Assembly: GCA_963662285.2 (NCBI GenBank)
Contig: CAXXMV010000001.1
Span: 224,001-288,000 of the forward strand
DNA: 64,000 nucleotides
Direction: 5' to 3'
Origin: a bacterium
GTDB taxonomy: Bacteria; Hinthialibacterota; Hinthialibacteria; Hinthialibacterales; Hinthialibacteraceae
Shown here in pieces: positions 21,575 to 31,027 of this stretch. The notes under the pieces are model-generated. The model saw nothing but the letters and a program-made list of their open reading frames with translations. It was not told the origin of the DNA and did not search any database. The translations under genes were made by a program, and so were the position numbers. Within the stretch, counting starts at the first letter, position 1. Each line of letters starts with the position of its first letter.

Positions 21575-21820
21575 TTAATCCATGCTTTCTTTCATGTTAA
21601 GATTAAAATCATCAGTAATAATATTAAGTAATTCATCTTGCAAACCAACTGCTCTATGACTATCCCCATATTGTTCAACCAAACCAAGGAGTTGCCTTAA
21701 GGTTTTAGAAGACACGCTCTTTTCGGTGCAGATTTTCTCTTGCAATTGATTTAATTTTTCCATATGTTTTGATTGGTTCATTTTGATATATAAATTACAC
21801 CTAATTATTTTTTGAGGCAT
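21575..21820 (-). CDS. small helical hypothetical protein heading the ATPase operon (true start may be downstream)
   Basis: Ends 2 nt before the DndD-like gene. Confidence 0.6.
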   Translation of the reverse strand: MPQKIIRCNLYIKMNQSKHMEKLNQLQEKICTEKSVSSKTLRQLLGLVEQYGDSHRAVGLQDELLNIITDDFNLNMKESMD

Positions 21821-22043
21821 TTTGCAACGGTTTTATTTCTTTCAAATCATCCAATTTACCAGTTATTTCTAAAAGAGATGCATATTTTGTAATTTTCTCA
21901 TATCTAAACTTTTGTTGTCAACCTTCAATACCGAATAGTGCTTTTTTTGTTAAGGGTTCTTATGTGATCTATAACTAGCAGAAATATATAGATTTATGAA
22001 CTTGTATTAATCGTATTATCTTCAATATAGCAAACAATTCCTT

Positions 22044-22070
22044 AAAAAAAGGGGAATCTTTCATCCCCTT
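22044..22070 (-). terminator. Rho-independent terminator
   Basis: AAGGGGA...TCCCCTT stem with a T-tract on the minus strand after the 22091 ORF. Confidence 0.6.
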
Positions 22071-22090
22071 CAAAGCATGAAATGACATTT

Positions 22091-22438
22091 CTATCGCAAA
22101 TACAGATAATACCAGCGCCGTTTTGGCTTGTGGATCTCTCGTTCACGCTGAATCCGTTGCCGTTCAAGTTCAGTGAGCTTACGCCCAATCTCTTCAGTCG
22201 TTTCTTCTTGGGATACGGCTCGATAGACAGCCACGCTCTTGAAGATTACCGGTTGATACTTGGCTTCGACGATATCGATGAGTTCGAGTATTGCGGCTCC
22301 AATGCGGGCGGCTTTGACGTGCTCTTGTAGATCGTTGAAATTGCTGTCAAAGATCGATTGCTCGGTAAGGATGTCGCGGAGGCCGGGGCCTACGTTGCGG
22401 TTCGATTTGCTGATTGTATTGTTTCCGTTGTTATTCAT
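22091..22438 (-). CDS. hypothetical protein
   Basis: AAGGA RBS before ATG at 22438 (MNNNGNN...). Confidence 0.6.
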   Translation of the reverse strand: MNNNGNNTISKSNRNVGPGLRDILTEQSIFDSNFNDLQEHVKAARIGAAILELIDIVEAKYQPVIFKSVAVYRAVSQEETTEEIGRKLTELERQRIQREREIHKPKRRWYYLYLR

Positions 22439-22460
22439 GGACTTGTTCCTTTCAATTGAT

Positions 22461-22931
22461 TTAGGCTTCTTGCCAGACCGATCCGGAATTGATTCCGGGG
22501 GAGATGGCGTGAGCTGCTGCGGTGAGGGTTCGATAGACAGTTCCGTTGAACAGAATCGATCGACCTTCCATACGTTTGTTCGATGGATCGTCCACAATGA
22601 CGGCCTCAAAGGTCTGGCCTCGGTAGGTGGTTTGGATTTTCGATCCGACTGGAGGGATTTCCAGCGGCTTGCGGGTATGTTCGGGAATGAACTGAGCGTC
22701 GCCCGAACGGTTAACTTGATTCTTTGTTTGTTTCTCCTTTCTTTCTGGGATTGGATTTTGTTGAGTTGCTACATTACTGTTGGCGTTTTGATTTGAGCGT
22801 TCAGAAACTTGGCTCTGAATGTGCTTTTCCTGGGCTCTCATACAATCTGTTTGAATCCCGCATGAAGCGCATTCCGGCGCGAGGGGATCAAACAGGGCGA
22901 AACAATGCGGATTATGGACAGACGTATCCAT
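22461..22931 (-). CDS. Zn-finger plus RAMA/DUF4357-like domain protein
   Basis: N-terminal C...CxxC...C; C-terminal FNGTVYRTLTAAAHAI...NSGSVW. Confidence 0.6.
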   Translation of the reverse strand: MDTSVHNPHCFALFDPLAPECASCGIQTDCMRAQEKHIQSQVSERSNQNANSNVATQQNPIPERKEKQTKNQVNRSGDAQFIPEHTRKPLEIPPVGSKIQTTYRGQTFEAVIVDDPSNKRMEGRSILFNGTVYRTLTAAAHAISPGINSGSVWQEA

Positions 22932-22967
22932 AATGGATTCTCCTTTCGGTTTGATTTTGATTTATGC

Positions 22968-24860
22968 TTATTGGCGTTTTTGGCGTAGGAGTTCCGAAAA
23001 CTTGGCGTAGAACGCTTTGGGGAGTTCCGGTAGGTTTTGAACGACGACATGTTCTTTGAAGAATCGCTTGACGTATTCAGTCTGGATGCCGATCGCCACG
23101 CACTCGATTCCCGCCTTCTCGCATTTCAGCAGGTTGTCTTCGAGATGCCGGATGACGGTTTGCAGCATGGTTGGATTGCCGCTGTAGGGCTCGCCATCGG
23201 TCAGGATCAGGATGATCTTTCTGGTCTCTTTTCTTATGACGATCCGCTTAGCAGTAAAAAGGATGGCGTCATCGATGGGGGTGTACTCTAGGGCGTTCAT
23301 GGAGGGAATGCGCGGTTTGAGTAACCGGAACGGTTCATCGAACGCCTTGAAAATGGAATAGACGCACGGGAATATCCTGGCATAGAGTTTGGAGAGTTCC
23401 TGTATATCCATGCCGGTTTCTTTTTGCAACCTGGGAAACGTCCGCTTAGCCGGTTCGGTTGTAAAGCCGATTACCTCCGAGGGGACGCGCAGCTGGTTGA
23501 GCGTTTCGGCGAACAGTATGGCGACCTGGCGGGCGAGTTGAATCCGGGCTCCGTTCATCGATCCGGAAAGATCGATAAGCAGCGACACGGCTACGGAGTC
23601 CGATTCACATTCCTTGATCTGCCGAAATACCTTGTTCGATCCTTGGTTGAGCAGAGCGTAGAGTCTTTTGCAATTGATCTGGCCTTCTTCCTGCTCGCTC
23701 ACCCAGAATCGGGTATCTCGGGATCGCAACGTGCGTATCAATTGTTGCCGAAGAGATCCAACATGGGGCCGAACGGCGTTACTCAGGTTCTGAAAGGTCT
23801 CACCGTTATCCCGCATTGGCGGTACAACGACTTTGTCCAGCGATGGATCGTATACCCGGTAGGGGCGATTGACGCTCTGACTCAGTTCATCCTGGAGATG
23901 GTCCTTGATGTTTTGCTGGAGCTCGAATGGATGCCCGTTTGACGTGTATTGCCCTGAAAACGCCTGGTCCATGGCGCTTTGATTCTGATCTCCAGAGTTG
24001 CCTGGTTGATTGCTGTTCGAGCTCGAATCGGCGCTTTCCGATACATCTTCATGCTGATCTCCAGGATTTTCAGAAATATCTGGTTTATTCTCAGAATCAT
24101 CTGCTTTATCACCAGAATCATTATCTTCACTCGGTGTATCGTTTTGTGAGGATTGCTGGTTCTTACTGGGATTTTGTTGATCGTCATCACCGGAATTGGA
24201 TTGCGACGATGAATCCGGCTTTCCTTGTGAATAATTTGAAGGTTGTTGATCGCTGGATGGCTGATCTGCTTGTTCTGCCTGATGCTTTAGACGTTTTAAA
24301 ATACCCTCCGCCATATTGCAGGCTTCATCGGTCGTATTGAGGGATTTAAATTGCTCCGCTTCACGGCTGAACTGTTTCACTAATAGGCAGGCGTCTTGGC
24401 CATACTGATCGTAGGAAATATCCATTCCGGCCAGGAAAAGAGCACAGAGGAACCGAACGGGCAATGGCATTTGATCGATTGGGTGTTTCTCAGTTATCTT
24501 ATCAATGCTGTGCATGATGTTTTGCCGCGAGCCGGGGTATTCTTTCTGCATGGCGTAATTGACGCGGACGTCTTCGATGACATTGAGCAGATCAAATCCA
24601 AATTCGCCCCATTTCTGCTTGAATCCTTTCATGCGGCCATTGAAGTCGCTGTATAGGATATGGGCGGTCTCGTGATCGAGCTCGCCGCGAATCAGTGTCC
24701 AAAGCGACTCCGAAATGCTATCCGGAAGCGCCGGCAGCCAGATGGTGCGGCCATCGGTCTTGCATTCATTGGCTTTGCATCGAACGGTGATGTTGTATTT
24801 ATGGGACAATATCCGCCCGACGCGCTCCAAGGTTGTTTCTAAGCCATTGAGATTTCTCAT
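22968..24860 (-). CDS. CobT-like VWA-domain protein
   Basis: N-terminal HETAH; acidic low-complexity linker; MIDAS DLSGSM and LTDGEP. Confidence 0.85.
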   Translation of the reverse strand: MRNLNGLETTLERVGRILSHKYNITVRCKANECKTDGRTIWLPALPDSISESLWTLIRGELDHETAHILYSDFNGRMKGFKQKWGEFGFDLLNVIEDVRVNYAMQKEYPGSRQNIMHSIDKITEKHPIDQMPLPVRFLCALFLAGMDISYDQYGQDACLLVKQFSREAEQFKSLNTTDEACNMAEGILKRLKHQAEQADQPSSDQQPSNYSQGKPDSSSQSNSGDDDQQNPSKNQQSSQNDTPSEDNDSGDKADDSENKPDISENPGDQHEDVSESADSSSNSNQPGNSGDQNQSAMDQAFSGQYTSNGHPFELQQNIKDHLQDELSQSVNRPYRVYDPSLDKVVVPPMRDNGETFQNLSNAVRPHVGSLRQQLIRTLRSRDTRFWVSEQEEGQINCKRLYALLNQGSNKVFRQIKECESDSVAVSLLIDLSGSMNGARIQLARQVAILFAETLNQLRVPSEVIGFTTEPAKRTFPRLQKETGMDIQELSKLYARIFPCVYSIFKAFDEPFRLLKPRIPSMNALEYTPIDDAILFTAKRIVIRKETRKIILILTDGEPYSGNPTMLQTVIRHLEDNLLKCEKAGIECVAIGIQTEYVKRFFKEHVVVQNLPELPKAFYAKFSELLRQKRQ

Positions 24861-25954
24861 GATTGATTGGCTCCTTTCGGTGGATTTGAGCTCATCAGGT
24901 CTCCCAGATGCCGCTGGGCAATCTCTTGGACTACTCGCCGGTCATCCCGAGAGAGTTTGTTGAGAACGGTGAGTTCAAGAGCTTTTGCGAGGTTGCCGAG
25001 GTGATCGTATTTCCTGGCGAATGCGAGTAATCGTCTTGTGGAAAAACTGCAATAACACTCCTCGCGCTCCGCCGCTTCTCTTACCTGGCGTGCACATTTA
25101 ACGAACCGACGTATTTCGGTCTTTTTGAGTTTGGATATTTTCTTGGCCAGAATTTCGGTTTCGGTCTTCTCATCCGGGTAATCCAAGTAAATAACCGTTG
25201 CAAACCGGTACTTGAAAGCCTCATTGAGGATTTGTGTTCCGGTATAGAGCCCGGATTCATCCCCGTTGCCGATGGTATTGGCGGTGGCGATGATGCGAAA
25301 ATCGGGATGGGGAGCTACGACCTCTCCGTCCTTTTCGAGGAGCACCAATTTACCGCATTCTTCGAGTACGCTTTGAAGTACGAACAGGATTTGCGGTAAT
25401 GCGGCATCGATCTCATCGAGAAGCAACCAATCGCCGTTTTTCATGGCGGTTGGCAGGATGCCTTCGCTGTAGACCATCTCTTTTCCGCGCACCGTCCAGC
25501 GGCCCAGGAAATCAGACACCGTGGTTTCACCATTCAGGTTGCAGCGGCGTAAGGGGGTATTGGACTGGGCAGCGAGCTGCATGACCAGGGAGGATTTCCC
25601 CGTGCCAGTCGCTCCGACGATCATGACGTGTTCTTTATGATTGATGGATTGGATCAGATAGGCTGCTTCGGGAGGGAATTGATAGTGCAGATCGAGGTTA
25701 GGCACTATGGGGCTGGCCCCATTTCTTTTTCTCAGAACCGCATCGTGAATGCGAAATTCTTCGCTGGCTTGAACCGGCGTTCGTGTGACGGTTTTTCCGG
25801 ATTGGATCTGGCTGAGCAGTTCAGGAGCAACCAATGGCGCGCCTGGATACTGAGTCAGGTACTCTTGAGCTGCAAGATTGTGTTGTTCACCAAGGTGGCC
25901 ATACAAGGCGCCTTGGATCGATTCTCCACAGAGTTGACAGGTAACAGTGTTCAT
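24857..25954 (-). CDS. MoxR/CbbQ/CobS-like AAA+ ATPase with N-terminal Zn finger
   Basis: CQLC...HL...H; GATGTGKS, LLLDEID, IATANT. Confidence 0.9.
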   Translation of the reverse strand: MNTVTCQLCGESIQGALYGHLGEQHNLAAQEYLTQYPGAPLVAPELLSQIQSGKTVTRTPVQASEEFRIHDAVLRKRNGASPIVPNLDLHYQFPPEAAYLIQSINHKEHVMIVGATGTGKSSLVMQLAAQSNTPLRRCNLNGETTVSDFLGRWTVRGKEMVYSEGILPTAMKNGDWLLLDEIDAALPQILFVLQSVLEECGKLVLLEKDGEVVAPHPDFRIIATANTIGNGDESGLYTGTQILNEAFKYRFATVIYLDYPDEKTETEILAKKISKLKKTEIRRFVKCARQVREAAEREECYCSFSTRRLLAFARKYDHLGNLAKALELTVLNKLSRDDRRVVQEIAQRHLGDLMSSNPPKGANQS

Positions 25955-25977
25955 AACGATATTCCTTTCTTTAAAAT

Positions 25978-26000
25978 AAAAAATCCCGGCCAGTGCCGGG
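25978..26000 (-). terminator. putative Rho-independent terminator
   Basis: CCCGGC-CAGT-GCCGGG hairpin with a T-tract on the minus strand. Confidence 0.5.
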
Positions 26001-26058
26001 TTCGTACTAACTTGTGGGCGTAATGCCCTATGTCTTGTTTTCGATGAGCGGTTTCAGA

Positions 26059-26295
26059 TCATGTGATCTGAATTCCCGGATCGGAAAAATCCCGTTCGCA
26101 TTGTTTGCAGTAGAGATACTCCGATACTGGATCGATGCCGTCATCAACGGTTTCGATTTCCTCTTCCGCCCAGATCAAGCCTTGTTCGTCTTGATAGAGA
26201 TTTCGGTAGAGGCTGGAGGGAAGCACGACGCAGAGCTGAATTCGCTTTACGTCTTGGTTCCCACAATGCGGGCATTGGATTTCTTTGATACACAT
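26059..26295 (-). CDS. small Zn-ribbon protein
   Basis: CPHC...CKQC. Confidence 0.65.
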   Translation of the reverse strand: MCIKEIQCPHCGNQDVKRIQLCVVLPSSLYRNLYQDEQGLIWAEEEIETVDDGIDPVSEYLYCKQCERDFSDPGIQIT

Positions 26296-26355
26296 GGCGT
26301 TGTTCCTTTCTTTACGTTGAATGGATAAATCTTGAGGTTTTTAGGTGGGATGGAC

Positions 26356-26778
26356 TTACTGGTTATTCCAGATGGCGACAACACAGGGATTGCCTTCATC
26401 ATCCGGTTCGGTTTCTTTGAGGAGTTCTTCCTCGGTGAGGTTGTCGATATCGTAATCCCTTACGCGGATCGTTATTCCATCGGGAATGTGTTGGATATCC
26501 TGAATGACGCCGCCGCGAACGATAACGGTTATCGGCTCAAATTCTTGGACAAATATCTTCTTGATGGCTCTACCGCCAATCATTGCTATGCCTTCAGATT
26601 GCAAGGAGGCAATGATTTCCTGCTTGTCTTCTTCATCATAAACGTAGAACTCTGCGAGCTCGCGAAACGCTTGCTCTCGCTCGTTACCGCTTTTAGCGTT
26701 GAATACGAACGAATCCAGATATTCATGCTCTCCATCGACGATGGTGTATTGAACTTGCATTGGTTTTGTTTGGTTCAT
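26356..26778 (-). CDS. acidic hypothetical protein
   Basis: 140-aa ORF, GAGGTGA RBS. Confidence 0.65.
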   Translation of the reverse strand: MNQTKPMQVQYTIVDGEHEYLDSFVFNAKSGNEREQAFRELAEFYVYDEEDKQEIIASLQSEGIAMIGGRAIKKIFVQEFEPITVIVRGGVIQDIQHIPDGITIRVRDYDIDNLTEEELLKETEPDDEGNPCVVAIWNNQ

Positions 26779-26792
26779 GGTTTCATCACCTC

Positions 26793-27044
26793 TTAGTAAT
26801 CGCTAGGAAAGAGGATCGTGAATAGGTCAGATCCTTGAGGCCCAGCGCCCTCATCCAATATTCCCCATAGAGTTTTTTCCCCGATTTCAACCGACCACAA
26901 ATTAGGGTTATCCGGATCGGGTGTTTTCATTTTCTCCATGAGTTCGGTGAAAGCCGCATAGATCTCCTCGGGAGTCAATTCGCTTTTGACATGTTGTGTG
27001 ATTACCGTGTGCATTTTGTTTCTTTGGTTTGCTGGTTGAATCAT
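26793..27044 (-). CDS. hypothetical protein (TILFPSDY C-terminus, plasmid/ICE type)
   Basis: GGAGG RBS; C-terminal motif. Confidence 0.6.
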   Translation of the reverse strand: MIQPANQRNKMHTVITQHVKSELTPEEIYAAFTELMEKMKTPDPDNPNLWSVEIGEKTLWGILDEGAGPQGSDLFTILFPSDY

Positions 27045-27123
27045 GGTATTACCTCCAAATTTTTTATTGCATGGACCGACAGGTCAGAATTTTCCTGGCG
27101 AGTCCAAGCTGATTGGTTGATAC

Positions 27124-27147
27124 AAAAAAAGCCCGACAGTATTGGGC
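27124..27147 (-). terminator. putative Rho-independent terminator
   Basis: GCCC...GGGC stem plus a 7-T tract on the minus strand, downstream of the HerA gene. Confidence 0.45.
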
Positions 27148-27326
27148 CGATCTATTCAAAACAGGCGTTTCCGCCTTTGAGAATCCTGATTCCGCTTTAT
27201 GGGATTGTTTTTTGAGTCGGATAGAGAATTCGAACTATTAAAAGCTCGGGTCAGATTCCAGATCGTCTGGAATAGATGGGGTTAGGTGCTGAAATCACCG
27301 GAAACAGACTTGCGCCCGTATCCGGC

Positions 27327-29384
27327 TCATTCAGCGGTGGGTTTTTGTTCTGGAAAGGATGCCTTGCGGCATGGATCACTTTCCGATTTTTTATGTCTTA
27401 TAACATCGGCGCAATGTCCGATGAATATGTTTGGATGTTCGGCTTGTAGTTTGGTAAGCCTTGCATGAATGTGATAGGTCGCTTCCGCATCAGTTCCGAG
27501 TACGTATATTCGCTCGTATCCTGCTTCCAAATTTTTCGAAACATTCTTTATATAATCGGATTTTGCGGACTCGATTTCGACGGGTATCTTTTCATTGTCT
27601 TTCATGATCATGAGATCGACATAATTCCCCGATGGTAATTGGTATTCTGGGATGACAGTGTATCCCTGTTTTTGAAAGTACTCCTTGACTTTGCTTCGCC
27701 AGTACTCATGAACCAGTCCGGGATTCCTTTTTGCATTTTGTTTTGAATCATTGACATCAAGCAAAACCACCTTGCCCTGATGGGTCAGTATATCAACAGG
27801 CTTGATGATGCCTCTTGCTTGCAATTCTTCTTTAATTAAATTTCCTTTTCTTCTACTTAGCGATAGTCGCTTGTACCTTTGTACTACTCCAGTTAGTGGA
27901 TTTTTCCGCACATCCTCTAGAAAAGCCTTTTCCATCTCCGATAAAGGCTTTTCCCATGCCTTTCTATCACTTGGCGATTCCTGCGAAACCGGTATGGAAA
28001 CGCCTTCAAAGGTCTGATTCTGGCTGGAATGGCCGGAATAGGCCTGCATATAGTCTTGGATGAACTGATCAGTTATGACTTTGTGTTTTTGCATGATGTG
28101 GGGAACAACGATCAAAAATGGTTTGGTCCAACGGCCTTGCAATTTGACAATCGCTTGCCCCACCTCTAACCGGTTGAGATATTGTTTCTGTTCTCCATCG
28201 AACATGAGATAGGATGACGATGCATTGACGTCTTCACGTGATTTGAGATTCATTGAAAAGGTGCAATACGTATTTCCAATTGCTTGTAATGAGGTTTGCG
28301 AGGGGTGCTGATCCACCAAAACGATTGCCTCACCCAGTTCACGAATTTCACGCAGGAGTAGATCGGTTGTACCTTCGCTACTCCCCGTGGTTTGCTTTTT
28401 GAGTAAGTGATGTGCTTCTTCGATGAATATGGCGTGGCGAAACTCGTCACGGGTTTCGTTTTTGGCTAGGCGGTAATGGTGAATCCACAAAAGTAGAGAT
28501 TCAATGAAGAATATCTTATCCGTTGAGGTCAGGGAATCGAGTTCCAGGATCACCGGTTTGTCCAAGATATCCGCCACAGAAGCGTTCGATTGCGTGGTGA
28601 GAACTTCACCCATTGCACCAAACGATAAGGCGGAAAGGGCACGTTGGGTGGATGCCATCCAGTTAGCCGCTCTCCCCTTAACGCTCATGTCTTGAATGAC
28701 TTGTACGAGATCTTGCATGGTGGGATACTGCTCGACATCGCCCGCATAAACGCCGCTTTCACGGTAGAGTTTATCGAGTCCCTGCTGGAGTAAAAACATG
28801 ACGCCCTCGCCAACGAATGTGGCTTTAGCCAAAATTTCAATCAGTTTTTTGAGCCATGCTGTTGGTTCGGTTTTTGGGGGAGGGATGAAGGGATTGAAGT
28901 GGAATGGAACAAGGTTGTTTCCAACCGTGTAGATCATTACGGGGAAATCACTGTTTTCTGTGATAATGCTGCGGTAATTGCGTTTCCAGTCAAAGATCAA
29001 AAACGGCTTTTTCTTTTGCAGCAAGTTGGCGATTAGCATGTAGACAAGGTTTGTTTTGCCACTACCGCTCCTTCCGAATACAGCCAGATGCTGCACCCAT
29101 TCTTTCTCCCGTAAACCAAACTCATCCCGTATTTGTCCATTGTATAAAACGCATCCCACGGGATACTCACCCTGGATCAAATCATTGGGTGGCGGCGGCA
29201 ATAAGATTCCTTCGTCATCAACTCGACGGCGAAGTGATTCAATGTACAGTTGCTCCACCATGCTCTCAATTTCACGCTTGCCTTCTGCATCCTCGATCTT
29301 ATACGCTCTCCAAAGTCGATCAATAATTTCTCCATAGATAGGTTTGAGGGCTTTCAAAGTTTCTTCATTGAGGATAACGATCAC
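27327..29384 (-). CDS. HerA/DUF87-family ATPase with C-terminal wHTH and PD-(D/E)xK-like domains
   Basis: HLAVFGRSGSGKT, IFDWK, IEEAH, REIRELGE, VDQ; C-terminus HEYW...E...VDL...VEIE. Confidence 0.85.
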   Translation of the reverse strand: MIVILNEETLKALKPIYGEIIDRLWRAYKIEDAEGKREIESMVEQLYIESLRRRVDDEGILLPPPPNDLIQGEYPVGCVLYNGQIRDEFGLREKEWVQHLAVFGRSGSGKTNLVYMLIANLLQKKKPFLIFDWKRNYRSIITENSDFPVMIYTVGNNLVPFHFNPFIPPPKTEPTAWLKKLIEILAKATFVGEGVMFLLQQGLDKLYRESGVYAGDVEQYPTMQDLVQVIQDMSVKGRAANWMASTQRALSALSFGAMGEVLTTQSNASVADILDKPVILELDSLTSTDKIFFIESLLLWIHHYRLAKNETRDEFRHAIFIEEAHHLLKKQTTGSSEGTTDLLLREIRELGEAIVLVDQHPSQTSLQAIGNTYCTFSMNLKSREDVNASSSYLMFDGEQKQYLNRLEVGQAIVKLQGRWTKPFLIVVPHIMQKHKVITDQFIQDYMQAYSGHSSQNQTFEGVSIPVSQESPSDRKAWEKPLSEMEKAFLEDVRKNPLTGVVQRYKRLSLSRRKGNLIKEELQARGIIKPVDILTHQGKVVLLDVNDSKQNAKRNPGLVHEYWRSKVKEYFQKQGYTVIPEYQLPSGNYVDLMIMKDNEKIPVEIESAKSDYIKNVSKNLEAGYERIYVLGTDAEATYHIHARLTKLQAEHPNIFIGHCADVIRHKKSESDPCRKASFPEQKPTAE

Positions 29385-29386
29385 CT

Positions 29387-29860
29387 TTAAGGTATACGTG
29401 ACTGTAAAACATAAGGTTCTATTAATGCATTACGCCGTTTCACCGATTCTGCCGATTCCATATTGGAAAGAAGGTCTTTCGAGAGATTGTGAACATCCTG
29501 CCAAAACGACAATTGCCCTTGACGATCCTCACGTGATAAAGCAATTAGGTTTTGTTCCAAACTCCATCGCATTGAATCCCTGGCCTGATTAATCCCAAAC
29601 GGCTCATCATCGAACTGAATTAGATGATTGCGAACACGCTGTACATCATATTGTCGTGAACGGGATTGTTCCCTTTCAAGAGAAACTCTTGTTAAAAGAG
29701 CCTTAGCCGTATGGTCCAATAAGCGATCAGACTGACCGATTTTCTCATGATGAAGAATACTTAAGGGATCGAAATCACTTTTTGGATATGAGTGTTGCTG
29801 TTCTGTTTTTGCTGGAAGGGATATATTCATATACCAAGGAGGGTTGGAGGAGTTTTCCAT
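29387..29860 (-). CDS. hypothetical coiled-coil protein
   Basis: 157-aa ORF closely coupled to the HerA gene; GGTGA RBS. Confidence 0.65.
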   Translation of the reverse strand: MENSSNPPWYMNISLPAKTEQQHSYPKSDFDPLSILHHEKIGQSDRLLDHTAKALLTRVSLEREQSRSRQYDVQRVRNHLIQFDDEPFGINQARDSMRWSLEQNLIALSREDRQGQLSFWQDVHNLSKDLLSNMESAESVKRRNALIEPYVLQSRIP

Positions 29861-29884
29861 TACTTATCACCACTGATAAGTAAT
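29859..29884. promoter_or_regulatory. perfect 11-bp inverted repeat over the RBS/start (candidate operator)
   Basis: ATTACTTATCA-ccac-TGATAAGTAAT. Confidence 0.5.
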
Positions 29885-29917
29885 AGTTCTACTCCTATAT
29901 AAATGTTTCGAAAAAAA

Positions 29918-30181
29918 TTAAGACTCAAACTCACTGCTGAAATTTTTTTTCTCGGTATCGACCTGTGTCAGATACATGTATGCACTTTGCAAGGCGGCAA
30001 TCATTTTGGGTATTTCATTGATGTCCAAACTATTGGAATTTTTCCACTCATCTCCATCCTTATAACGCTTTGCGAAGTTTACTTTCTTGATTACATAGTT
30101 TTTTTCATTTTTATTGACCGTGTTGGCAAAAATTGCACAACGGCATGTTCCATGCTGGAATACTTTTTCTGGACTTGTCAT
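29918..30181 (-). CDS. small conserved protein, possibly ssDNA-binding
   Basis: AIFAN...RYKDGDEWKNSNSL...IPK pattern; GAGGTGA RBS. Confidence 0.65.
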   Translation of the reverse strand: MTSPEKVFQHGTCRCAIFANTVNKNEKNYVIKKVNFAKRYKDGDEWKNSNSLDINEIPKMIAALQSAYMYLTQVDTEKKNFSSEFES

Positions 30182-30197
30182 TTCATATCACCTCATA

Positions 30198-30233
30198 TGG
30201 TTTTTGTTACTTATATAACAGGAACAAAAACCA
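30198..30233. promoter_or_regulatory. 11-bp inverted repeat flanking a TTATATAA box
   Basis: TGGTTTTTGTT...TTATATAA...AACAAAAACCA. Confidence 0.45.
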
Positions 30234-30351
30234 GAGTAAACTTAATTGTTCATAAAAATGTTTAGGTTAAAGAGCAAAGAAATAATGCCGTAATAAAAAA
30301 AGAAAAAAGCAGAATGGATAATATATGAAGACTGATCATTTGAAATAGAAT

Positions 30352-30957
30352 TCATTGGATAGAATTGAGGGATGAATTTCCTGGAATTTCAATAAGAATA
30401 TCACCAACACTATGAAGTCCATTTGAAGAGTCGTAGATCATTCCTTGATATACAATGGTGCTTTTTGGCGGTTCTAAAAGTTGATCGGGACCTCGGCTTA
30501 CTAAAATGCAACCGGGAGTTTTTATTTGCTTATTTCGGATTAATGAGAATAACTCAGATTTTCTTATCGATTCAAAACAGGTTGTTCCTTCATAGTAGTC
30601 GATAAAAGGATCGATAAAGGCGTTTTGGGTCATATTCAATCCAAAACTATATCGGAAAAAATAACGGGCTTGGCAATCATTCCTGAGGGATATAGAAACA
30701 TCTTTTCCTTTCGATGAATCATAACGAATGTCTTCCGGATAAATTTGATGGTCTGCGTAAAACCGCATGTACTCGTAGGAAATTGTCTTGCTTTTCATAA
30801 AAACAGTGGAGAGATTTGCTCGAATCAGAGCGTGTTGTAAACAAGGGTAAGAGATCAAGGCAAGCGTAGATAGAATCGCGATCGAAATCAACAATTCATT
30901 CAACGTAAACGCGTTGTTTTGTTTTCCGTATGCTGTTGTTTGATCCAGGCTTTCCAT
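30352..30957 (-). CDS. prepilin-type N-terminal cleavage/methylation protein (pseudopilin-like)
   Basis: AFTLNELLISIAIL; SRGPD; YDSSNGLHSVGDI. Confidence 0.8.
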   Translation of the reverse strand: MESLDQTTAYGKQNNAFTLNELLISIAILSTLALISYPCLQHALIRANLSTVFMKSKTISYEYMRFYADHQIYPEDIRYDSSKGKDVSISLRNDCQARYFFRYSFGLNMTQNAFIDPFIDYYEGTTCFESIRKSELFSLIRNKQIKTPGCILVSRGPDQLLEPPKSTIVYQGMIYDSSNGLHSVGDILIEIPGNSSLNSIQ

Positions 30958-31027
30958 GTATCACACACCAAGAAATAAGTTAATTTACCACCTTATTCCC
31001 TTTAGTGTCAACATGAAAATCCGTTTG

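Noticed and set aside
22968-25954. Cobalamin biosynthesis cobST
   Set aside because: No cobN or other cob genes; the context is a mobile-element MoxR-VWA pair
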